A stretch of 64,000 nucleotides of DNA from an uncultured Clostridia bacterium (GTDB lineage Bacteria > Bacillota > Clostridia > TANB77 > CAG-508). The translations under genes and the position numbers were made by a program. The DNA lies in NCBI GenBank assembly GCA_947628815.1, contig CANRBJ010000004.1:28355-92354 (forward strand). Reading direction: 5' to 3'. Below the pieces are notes generated by a model. That model worked only from the letters and a program-made list of their open reading frames with translations. It was not told where the DNA came from and did not search any database. Shown piece by piece: positions 54,315-64,000 of this stretch. The first letter of the stretch is position 1. Every line of letters starts with the position of its first letter.

Positions 54315-57300
54315 TTATAATACATATTTTTTAATTAAGATAATTCCACCTGCAAGTGTTACAAGTATTATTCCTGTTAGTGTAAAGTATATTCTTGCTT
54401 CTCCTGTTTTTATTCCTAAAACTACTGGTGCATCGTCTATATCATCTTCTTTATCTTTCTTATTGTTTGGTGTTGAATCTATATCAGGTGTGTTACTATC
54501 GTTATAATCTTTACTAATTTCTGCTACGTTTACTTTTACACCTAAGTTATTTTGTGAATTTTCCCAAGTTAAGATTATATCTACTGTTGCACTTTCCCCT
54601 GGTTTTAGTAATTTATTTTGTAATTGGTCGGTAACTACTTCTTTTTCGTTTAATGCCGTCCATTTTGGATTGTCACTTGCTACAAATTTTAATCCGTCTG
54701 GAATATAGTCTTTTACTTCTTTTGCATATCCTTCTATTTCTCCCTCATTGGTTACTTTAATTTTGTATGCAAATTTTACTGTTACTTTATTTACATCTTT
54801 TGCTTTTAAATCTACTTTTACAACTGGTTCTGGGTTTTCATCTCCTGTATGACCTGTATTTGTAACAGTCTGTTTTCCAGACTCTGTAATTAATACTTGT
54901 GATACCCATTTTTTAAGTGCAAGATCGAAGTATTTTACTCTTACTTTTTCTTTATCTATATCATCTTCTGCGTCTTTGTCATTTCCTGGTGTTGAGTCTA
55001 CATCTTCAACTGGATTTCCATCTTTATCGCTATCATCTGATATTTCTGCTGTATTAATTAATATTCTATCTGATGTGTTTGGTTCTGTTACTTTAAATGC
55101 TACTTTTACATCTCTATAATCTGGATTTGTATCTGTAATTCCTGTTAATGGGTTAAATTCTTTTATTAAGTTTTCCCCATCTGCTTTTTCTTGTTCTTTT
55201 GATAAATAATCTGTTGTTATTTTTTTAGCTTCCTTTACATCTTCAGTTTCTTTTCCTTCAGAATCTATCATTTTCCAACGATATTGCTTATTTGTTTCAT
55301 TATCTGGTAAATATTCTAGTCCTTCTGGTAAATCGTCTGTTACTTCAGATGCATAACCTGCCATACTTCCTTCATTATATACACGTATTGTATATGTTAC
55401 AATATTTCCATTTTCTACTTCTACTGGATCTTTGGTATGTTCGTACTTTATTTTTCCCTCTTTATCCATTTTTGGTACTGGATATCTATTGTTAATATCT
55501 AAATTATTTACCTTTGTTATAAATTTTCTTAATGCTAAATCAAAATATTGTAATCTAACATGTTCTTTATCTATATCATCTTCATCCATATCGTCATTTC
55601 CTGGTGTTGAATCTACATCTTCTACAGGATTTCCAAACTCATCTGAATCATCAGATACTTGAGCAATATTTGTTAGTATTCTATTTGATGTATTTGGTTC
55701 TATTACTTCAAATGCTATTTTCACATCTTTATAATCTGGGTTAGTAGGAGTAATTCCGTCACCTGTATTAAATGCTTTTAATAAGTTTGCTCCATCTGTT
55801 GTTTCTTGTGCTTTTGATAAGTAATCTGTTGTTACTTTTACTGCTTTTGTTACATCTGTAGTTTCTTTTCCAGATTCATCTATCATTTTCCAACGATATT
55901 GTGTGTTTAGTAAATTTTCTGGTAAATATTTTAATCCTTCTGGTAAATCGTCTGTTATTTCAGATGCATAACCTGCAATGTCACCTTCGTTATATATACG
56001 TATTGTATATATTACAACATCTCCCGTTCCAACTCCTACTGGGTCTTTTGTATGGTTATACTTAATTTTTCCATCTTCTCCTAAAGTTGGTTCTGGTATT
56101 CTGTTTGTAATGCTTTCATCTCCAACTGCTGTAATAAATTTTCTTAGCGCTAGATCAAATATTTGTACTTTTAATTTTTCGAAGTCATCATCATCTTCTT
56201 GTCCTGGTATGTATTTGTCCCCTTTTTCAATTTCTGGATCTTTATAATTTGGTAAATCTGGATCTTGTGGTAATTCTACATCACCAACTTCTGAATCTCG
56301 GTCTGTAACACTTTTATCATCTTTATCCGTACTTCCTGTTATTTCTGCTATATTTGTAATTTTATCTCCAGATAATACTGTATTTTTTACTTTACATTTC
56401 ACTGTAATATCTTTATATGCAAGTGTTTCACCATTAAATGCTACAATTAAGTTATCTGGATTAACTTTTTTTGATAAATGCTCTGTTTTTATTGTTCTTA
56501 AGCTTGTATCATTTTCATCCAAATACCAGCCATTTGCTATATTTTCTTCATCTTCTGGTAAAAATTCTAATTGTGGTGGTAAATGATCTGTTATTTCAGA
56601 TGCGTACCCATCAACGAACCCTTCATTATAAACACGAATTGTATATGTTACAATGTCTCCTACTTTTACAGATACTGGCGTTTTTGGTCCATTATATGTT
56701 GCAGTGGTACTTTCTCCTGTTAATAGTTTAGTTACATCTGGAACAGGAGCTCTACTGTCACTTAGCGTTCTACCATTAATAGCTGTAACAAATTTTCTTA
56801 AAGATAGATCGAAATATTTAGATGGTATAATTATTCCCTCGAAGTCATCATCATCTTCTTGTCCTTTTGTATAGTTACCGTTATTTTCAGTTCCATTTCC
56901 ATTGTAGTCGTTGTTCTTTTTTCCATCTGGAAAGTTTTCAGTATGTGAATCTAAGTCAATATCTGTATCTTCTTTATCATTATGGTACTTTGTAATTTCA
57001 GCAATATTTACAAGCCTTTGGTTTTGTGTTGAAACTTTAGCTGTAATTTTACATTTAATAGTAATCGCTTCGCTATCTAATGTATTTGATGAACCATCAT
57101 ATCCCTTTAATACTTTACTTTTACCTTCATTTGTTATTATTATTGTTGTAACTCCTGTTGCTAAATCTGTAGAATGTTTTTCACTGTATCCAGTAGGTGC
57201 TGAAACTAATTCAACAAATTCAATTCCTTTTGGTAAGTAATCCTTTATTTCTTTCGCATATCCATCAACATTACCTTCATTATACACTGTTAAAGTATAT

Positions 57301-59394
57301 TCTATAAATTGACCTTCTGAAGCTATTAAATCATTTTTTGGATGATTGTATGTCGCTGTTGTGCTAGTTTTATTTTTTAAATTTGCTACATCTACTTGAG
57401 GTAATCTGCTCGTAACTGGCGTATCACCTATTTTTGTAATTGATTTACGCAGTGCCAAATCGAAGAATGTTACTGGTACGACAATTCCTTCAAAATCGTC
57501 ATCATCCTCTTGTCCTTTTGTATATTTACCATCGTTTTCTGTTCCATTTCCCTTGTAATCATTGTTTTTTTCTGTCTCTGGAAAGTTCGCAACATGTGAA
57601 TCAAGGTCTGTATCTACATCTGTGTTATTACTACTATCGTGGTATTTTGTAATCTCAGCAATGTTTACAAGTCTTTGGTTTTCCGTTTTATTTTCCGCCT
57701 TAATTTCACATCTAATAGTAATTTGTTCACTATCTAATTTACCCGTTTCACTATTGAATGCTTCTAATACCTTTCCACTTCCATTATGTGTAATAGTTAT
57801 TGTCGTTTTTCCTGTTTTCTCATCCTTAGTACTTGACGCACTGTATCCAGCAGACGGAGAAACTAATTCCTTAAATTCAATTCCTTTTGGTAAGTAATCT
57901 TTTATTTCTTTTGCATATCCTTTAACAGTTCCTTCATTATATACTGTTAATGTATATTCTATAATTTGATCTTTTTTAGCAATCAAATCATTTTTTGGAT
58001 GATTATATGTAGCTGTTGTACTGGTTTTATTTTTTAATTTACTAACATCAACTTGTGGAAGTCTGTCTTCAAACTTAGTATCACCAATCTTCGTAATTGA
58101 TTTACGTAGTGCAAGGTCAAGTTTTTGTAAAGAAACTGTTGCCTCTTCTGAGTCAGTTATTTCCTTTTCTTCAACAAGCACAACTGGTTGTTGTTCTTTT
58201 GCTGTAGCTGTTCCTGTAGTATAATAGGTTGCTGTTTTTGCTGTATATTTAGCTGTAACAGTCACTGTTACAGAAGATATATTACTTGTTTTTGGTACCG
58301 AAATGTAGAAATCGTCTGTACTATTTTTTAGTGCCTCTAATGTAGTAGTTTGTTTGTTAGAACTTAACACTTTATTAGTATCATTAATTTGAACATTTTG
58401 ACCTTTCTCATCTTTAATTTCTATATTCGTTATCGTACAACCAATATGTTTTTCAATTTTAAATGGCCCCATTATATAATTACCATTATTTTCACTCGTT
58501 TTATTTTCAGACTTTATCGTTATAGCATCCTTTGGGGTAGTTGTAGAAGGAGAATAATCACTATGTTTTTCTGCATTTGTTATAAACCATTCATATAGTA
58601 CTTCCATACGATATGCATGTAATGTACCTTTTTTAGCCCCATTACCGTCTCCAACTTGACTTCCATAGTTATTCAAAGGTTCAAAATTAATACCATCACC
58701 GTCCTTCTTAATTTGTAATTGATTTCTCAAAAGTTTATCATTTGAAGTATTTGGCTTATATGTATGGTATGTTGGATCACTTGAATTTGTATAATACCAT
58801 AATGCAAGTTGTTGTACTACATCAATTTCATCATTTGTTAAACATTTAGCTTTATCATTGTCATTAGCATTATGTCCATTTTTAATCATTCCAGCAGCTT
58901 CTAATACCCCAGTTGTTGTTAAAAACTGTATTTTATCTGCTTGATTCTCTGTTGGAAAAAACATATTATCTATAATCCATAAAATTTTATTGTAATCGCT
59001 ACTATTTATTTGAAGGTCACTTATTACCTCTGTTGATTTTGTTTTCATATTATTGTCTGTACCTAGAAATTTACTATATGTCGGATGATTAACTTGATTT
59101 GTTCCACCTAAGTACCCAGCTTCTGCTTTTAAGCAATAGAAATTATTTTTGGTAACATCACTTGCAGATGTTACACCAATTTTTCCTACTTTTTCTATAT
59201 TAGAATTTAAACCACCACTCTCAGCAATATCACCTTGGTCTGTAACAGCATATTCATAGTCTCCGTTTTCTGTCTGCTATTTCTAAATTATATGTACTGT
59301 TTGCTGCATATGAATATGTAGTTACTAATCCGATTATGGTTAATGCTAAAATACTTGTTATAATTAACATACCAATCAATTTCCTCAACTTCAT
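54315..59394 (-). CDS. Cell-surface thioester-domain (TED) adhesin with five repeated stalk domains, +1 frameshift at CGG 59265-59263 (1692 aa joined)
   Basis: ATG 59394 after GAAGGAAGG; signal peptide; AAA C-GGA GAC TAT into the frame with FYCLKAE and QQLALW; repeats starting DLALRK; IKTGE-TM-KK sorting-like tail. Confidence 0.88.
54430..58125 (-). repeat. Five ~190-220 aa coding domain repeats (DLALRK..YT.TVYNEG..G YA.E..D.LP.G..N.AEI..DDDD)
   Basis: Two closely similar pairs (about 56820-58120 and about 54930-56160) plus more divergent copies. Confidence 0.85.
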
Positions 59395-59707
59395 AATTAT
59401 ACCTTCCTTCACAAAAAATAATTATATTAATTTTATTCTACTATTTTCTATTTCAATGTCAATAGCATATTTTACCAATTTATTCCTTGTCTTAAAAAAC
59501 ACTAAAAAATGCCCTACGGAAGTATGTTTTTTGAAATTTATTCTAAAAAACACACTCTTATTACAATTATATAACATTTTTGCAATATTTTCAACATATT
59601 ATGTCAAATATTCCAATTTTTCTTTGTACGCGTAAGTTTTTTAGAAATTTTGGAATATATTTTATAATAAAAACATATTATTAAATATAAAATTTATTAT
59701 TTCAACC

Positions 59708-59736
59708 TTGACTTATTCATAATTTTTTGTTATTAT
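59708..59736 (+). promoter_or_regulatory. SigA promoter of the tRNA pair
   Basis: TTGACT-N17-TATTAT with extended TG. Confidence 0.75.
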
Positions 59737-59751
59737 ATTTATACTACTTTT

Positions 59752-59825
59752 GCAGGTATAATTTAACGGTAAAATACAACCTTGCCAAGGTTGAGTTACG
59801 GGTTCGATTCCCGTTACCTGCTCCA
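59752..59825 (+). tRNA. tRNA-Gly(GCC)
   Basis: Acceptor GCAGGTA/TACCTGC, U73, CCA; anticodon arm CAACC-TTGCCAA-GGTTG; T-loop TTCGATT. Confidence 0.95.
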
Positions 59826-59844
59826 ACTATATAATTAATAACTT

Positions 59845-59918
59845 GGCGATATAGCCAAGTGGTAAGGCATGAGTCTGCAAAACTCTGATCCCCGGTTCGA
59901 ATCCGGGTGTCGCCTCCA
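59845..59918 (+). tRNA. tRNA-Cys(GCA)
   Basis: GGCGATA/TGTCGCC, U73, CCA; loop CTGCAAA; TTCGAAT. Confidence 0.95.
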
Positions 59919-59932
59919 AGTTAATATTATAT

Positions 59933-59962
59933 AAAAAAACCCTAATTTTAGGGTTTTTTATT
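59933..59962. terminator. Bidirectional terminator
   Basis: AAAAAAACCCTAA-TT-TTAGGGTTTTTT. Confidence 0.8.
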
Positions 59963-59963
59963 T

Positions 59964-61383
59964 TTAAAATATTTTTTCAAAACTATCTTTTTGTATTTCA
60001 TCTGGAACTTCTATTGGATACTTTCCTGTAAAACATCCTTCGCAAAATCCTTTTGCGTTAGATGCTTTTGCGATTTTATGTAGGTTTTCTAAGCTTAAAT
60101 ATTCTAATGAATCTGCTCCAATTTCTTTACAAATTTCTTCTGTAGTTTTTCCTACTGCTATCAATTCATTTCGTTTTGCTACATCTGTTCCAAAATAACA
60201 TATATCAATAAATTTTGGTGATGCTATTCGTAAATGTATTTCTTTTGCTCCTGCTTTTCTAAGCGTTTTTATAAGTCGTGTAATGGTATTTCCTCTTACT
60301 ATTGAATCGTCTACTAATATAATTTTTTTCCCTTTTACGGTATTTGTTATTGGATTTAGCTTTAATAATACTTGTTTTTTTCTTTTATTTTGGGTTGATT
60401 GTATGAATGTTCTTCCTATATATTTGCTTTTTATAAATGCCATATCATATGGAATTTTTGATTGTTTAGAATACCCAAGTGCAGCATCAAGTCCAGAATC
60501 TGGAACTCCTGCTACAAAATCTGCTTCTACTGGTGCCTGTTTTGCTAAACATTTTCCAACTTGTTCACGAAAACTATGTACGTTTAGTCCATCAATTGTA
60601 GAATCTGGTCTTGCAAAATAAATATATTCGAAAATACATAGTCCATCTTTTTGCCCGTTTTTACAGTCATATGATTTCATTTCATTGTTTGTTACAACAA
60701 TAACTTCACCTGGTTTTACATCTCTTACTAATTTTGCTCCCATAATATCTAAGGCACAACTTTCAGATGAAAAAATAGTATTCTTTCCTACTTTTCCTAT
60801 ACATAGTGGCCTAAATCCTCCGAGGATCACGAACTGCTATTAATTTTTGTGAACTCATTATTAATAATGAATATGCACCTTTTATATATTTCATTGTGTT
60901 CATAACTGCTTCTTCTATGGATTTTGTCTTTAATCTTTCTCTTGCTATAATATATGCTATTACTTCTGTATCTGAAGTAGAATTAAATATTGCTCCATTT
61001 TCTTGGAGTTGTTTTCTTAGTTCTACTGCATTTGTTAAGTTTCCATTATGAACTACCGCAATATTTCCTTTTGCATAACGAATAACAATTGGTTGTGCAT
61101 TTTCCTTTTTTGGAGCGCCTGTTGTTGAATATCTAACATGACCAATTGCCATTTTTCCCATAGTTAGTTCATCTACTACCTTCTGATTAAAAACATCTGA
61201 AACTAATCCTACCTCTTTATGATATGATATAACTCCCCCATTATTTATTGCTATTCCACAACTTTCTTCTCCTCTGTGTTGTAAAGAAGAAAGCCCAATG
61301 CAAGTATAATAAGCTACATTTTCTTCTCTTTCTTCTGAATATATTCCAAAAACTCCACACTCTTCTTTTATTTTATTAAACAT
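59964..61383 (-). CDS. purF: Amidophosphoribosyltransferase, +1 frameshift at CGG 60822-60820 (472 aa joined)
   Basis: EECGVFG, QHRG, HVRYST, HNGN; CGT GAT CCT C-GGA GGA TTT AGG CCA restores RDPGGFRPL; VDDSIVRG. Confidence 0.94.
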
Positions 61384-61494
61384 TTAACTCAATCCTTTAT
61401 TATTAACCTCTATATTCTATTATAAAAGATTTTTCACCAAAAGTATAGTATCTTTTTCAACTTTTCCTTACATTTTTCTACGCACTTACATAGG

Positions 61495-62604
61495 CTAGTC
61501 GATAAATATTGTCTTTTGTCTTCGACCACTAATATTTAATAATAACCCTATACATATAAAATTAGTAATTAATGAACTTCCTCCATAACTTACAAATGGA
61601 AGTGGTACTCCTGTTATTGGTAATAGACCCATTGTCATTCCTATATTTTCGATCATATGAAATAGAAATATTCCTACAATTCCCATTGCAATATATGAAC
61701 CAAGATTATCTTTTGCAGTTTTTGCTACATATACTGCTTTTGTAATTAAAATGACATATAGAATAATAACTGCTCCTGCTACTATGAAACCCATTTCTTC
61801 TCCTATTACAGAAAAAATAAAGTCTGTTGTTTTTGGATATAAAAATCCTAGCTGTGTTTGGTTTCCTTTTAGTAGCCCCATTCCAAATAATTGACCTGAA
61901 CCAATTGCAAGTTTAGATTGTATAATGTTATATCCTGATCCTCTAGGGTCTAAATTTGGATTTAGGAATACATCTATTCTTGCTTTTGCATGGGCTGGTA
62001 ATATAAAATTATATAAAAGTGGTAATGCAACTACAACTACTATCAAGCTTATTAAAATATATTTTTTATCAATTCCTGCTACAAATAACATAAGTACTGT
62101 TGCTATTATAAATGCTATTGCTGTTCCATAATCTGGTTGTTTTATTATTAATAATACTGGAATAATCACTATGCTAAATACTGCTAGTAATTTAAGTGGC
62201 TTATTTATTTCGTTTCTATCTTTTTTTTGAAATATAGACATTATATATGCTAAAAAGATAATTACAAATACTTTTGCAAATTCACTTGGTTGAAATCGTA
62301 TATCTTCAGTTATTGAAAACCAGCTTGTAGCACCATTTCTAACTGGTGTAAAAAGTACTGCAATTAATAATACTATAAAAATTGCATAAAAAATGGGTGA
62401 ACATTTTGCTATTGTTTCATAATCAATCCATATTACTATTAGCATAATTGGTATGCTTATTATTCCCCATATAATTTGCTTTTTTAATTCGTCAAATCCT
62501 GTTTCGCCAGTTGCAGAATATAGAGATACACAACCTATTAGTAATAGAAATACACAACAAATTAATATTCCCCATTCTATGTTTTTTAAAATTCTATTTT
62601 TCAT
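61495..62604 (-). CDS. rodA: Rod shape-determining SEDS protein RodA
   Basis: QPSEFAK, QPDYGT, TDFIF, PFVSYGGSS. Confidence 0.93.
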   Translation of the reverse strand: MKNRILKNIEWGILICCVFLLLIGCVSLYSATGETGFDELKKQIIWGIISIPIMLIVIWIDYETIAKCSPIFYAIFIVLLIAVLFTPVRNGATSWFSITEDIRFQPSEFAKVFVIIFLAYIMSIFQKKDRNEINKPLKLLAVFSIVIIPVLLIIKQPDYGTAIAFIIATVLMLFVAGIDKKYILISLIVVVVALPLLYNFILPAHAKARIDVFLNPNLDPRGSGYNIIQSKLAIGSGQLFGMGLLKGNQTQLGFLYPKTTDFIFSVIGEEMGFIVAGAVIILYVILITKAVYVAKTAKDNLGSYIAMGIVGIFLFHMIENIGMTMGLLPITGVPLPFVSYGGSSLITNFICIGLLLNISGRRQKTIFID

Positions 62605-62661
62605 TTTTCACCCTCTATTGCAAGTTAATTTTATGTATTTCGGCTTTCATTTAAATATTTA

Positions 62662-63210
62662 TTATGTAATTTTTGTTACTTCTTGTTTTGATTCGCCTTC
62701 TCCACCTTCTATTTTTGAATTTTCATTAGATGTATTTTCTATATTTTCTTTATCTAAATTTTCATTTTTGGTTTCGCTTTGTTTATTTTCTATTATTTCA
62801 TTTTGCTTATTTTCTTCTTTACTGCCTTCTTTATTTTCCTCTGTTTTACCAACTTGTTCTTGCGTTTGTAACTTCTTAGTCGTATCTTGTTGTCTTGCCA
62901 TTTTATTTTTTACTTCTTCTTTTATGCTAACAATTGGAATGTTTGCATATAAGGCTGGAGCTCCCGTTGTTCCATCTCCATTTTCTTTGTTTGTAAGTCT
63001 AACATCTATTTCATTTTCATCTACATCTATATATTTTTTTATAACTTCTATTATTTCTTGTTTCATTAAATCAAGAAAGTCTGCTGATACATTTGCTCTA
63101 TCTTGCATAAGAACTAAATGTAATCTTTCTTTTGCGGCATCTTTTGATTTTACTTGAACTGTTTCTTTTTTTCCTCTATTCTTAAAAAAGTTTATTATGC
63201 TTTCAAACAT
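62662..63210 (-). CDS. minE: Cell division topological specificity factor with long polar C-terminal tail
   Basis: SKDAAKERLHLVLMQDR, ANIPI; follows minD. Confidence 0.9.
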   Translation of the reverse strand: MFESIINFFKNRGKKETVQVKSKDAAKERLHLVLMQDRANVSADFLDLMKQEIIEVIKKYIDVDENEIDVRLTNKENGDGTTGAPALYANIPIVSIKEEVKNKMARQQDTTKKLQTQEQVGKTEENKEGSKEENKQNEIIENKQSETKNENLDKENIENTSNENSKIEGGEGESKQEVTKIT

Positions 63211-63229
63211 TATTTATTTCCCCCCGCTT

Positions 63230-64000
63230 TTACTTTATTCCAAAGATTTTTTTAATTTTTGCCCAAAATCCGCTTTCTCTACCTGGTATAGTTACTTCTA
63301 TATTTTCTCCTAAAATTCTTCTTGCAATTTCCATATATGCTTTTCCTGAAGGTGCTTTACGATTTTGTACAACTGGCTCTCCTTTGTTTGTTTGTGTTAC
63401 AACATATTCATCATCTGGTACAACTCCTACTAATTGAATTGATAGTAAGTCTACAATATCGTCTACATCCATCATTTCTCCTTTTCGAACCATAGTTGGT
63501 TTTAAGCGGTTAATAACCAATTCTGGGTTCTTTATTTCAGACGATTCTAATAAACCTATAATTCTATCGGCATCTCTAATTGCTGATATTTCAGCTGTTG
63601 TTACTACTATTGCACGATTTGCTCCTGCAATTGCGTTTTTAAATCCTTGTTCAATACCTGCGGGGCAATCAATTAATATATAATCAAATTCTTCTTTTAA
63701 CTTACTTGTTAATTCTCTCATTTGTTCTTCATTTACGGCACTTTTATCTCTTGTTTGGGCTGCTGGTAGTAAGAAAAGTTCTTCAAAACGTTTGTCTTTT
63801 ATAAGGGCTTGTCTTAATTTACATTTTTCTTCTACAACATCAACGATATCGTATACTATTCTGTTTTCTAATCCCATAACAACGTCTAAATTTCTTAGTC
63901 CTATATCTGTATCTATTAATACAACCTTTTTTCCTTGCATTGCAAGAGCTGAACCAAGATTTGCTGTTGTTGTTGTTTTTCCTACTCCACCTTTTCCTGA
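63230..64000 (-). CDS. minD: Septum site-determining ATPase (5' end outside window)
   Basis: SGKGGVGKTT, DIGLRNLD, DCPAGIE, C-terminal amphipathic helix. Confidence 0.95.
   Translation of the reverse strand, partial: SGKGGVGKTTTTANLGSALAMQGKKVVLIDTDIGLRNLDVVMGLENRIVYDIVDVVEEKCKLRQALIKDKRFEELFLLPAAQTRDKSAVNEEQMRELTSKLKEEFDYILIDCPAGIEQGFKNAIAGANRAIVVTTAEISAIRDADRIIGLLESSEIKNPELVINRLKPTMVRKGEMMDVDDIVDLLSIQLVGVVPDDEYVVTQTNKGEPVVQNRKAPSGKAYMEIARRILGENIEVTIPGRESGFWAKIKKIFGIK

Noticed and set aside
59752-59825. tRNA-Gly as an 8-nt-loop frameshift suppressor
   Set aside because: The loop is TTGCCAA, 7 nt, closed by a perfect 5-bp stem.
62453-63157. 234-aa plus-strand ORF, and similar antisense ORFs (48057-48584, 37305-37709, 22005-22397, 59336-59635)
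   Set aside because: Opposite-strand shadows of real genes or AT-rich spacers, with no RBS or recognisable motifs.

Overview
A low-GC window from a spore-forming clostridial genome; the pilin-like gene and overall gene set suggest the TANB77/CAG-508 gut lineage, which is an inference. It holds housekeeping genes (r-proteins, aspS with T-box, trpS, obg, lexA, adhE, pflBA, minDE-rodA), sporulation genes, a ~10 kb defence island (RecD-like helicase-nuclease, PLD-SNF2 helicase, N6-adenine methylase), TA modules, a sortase, a large thioester-domain surface protein, and tRNA-Gly(GCC) and tRNA-Cys. Main result: ten otherwise intact genes are broken at 11 sites, and every break falls on an in-frame CGG codon on the sense strand. 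The genes are deoD, ppaC, obg, a DEDDh exonuclease, a SpoVB/MATE transporter, pflB, a patatin, ugtP (twice), the TED adhesin and purF. Skipping one base (C-GGN read as GGN, Gly) restores each full-length protein. In a manual scan I found no in-frame CGG in any unbroken gene. This points to a genome-wide recoding rule in which CGG acts as an obligatory +1 frameshift or four-base CGGN codon instead of Arg. A second candidate system is an orphan PemK/MazF-fold gene followed by two repeated structured RNA units.
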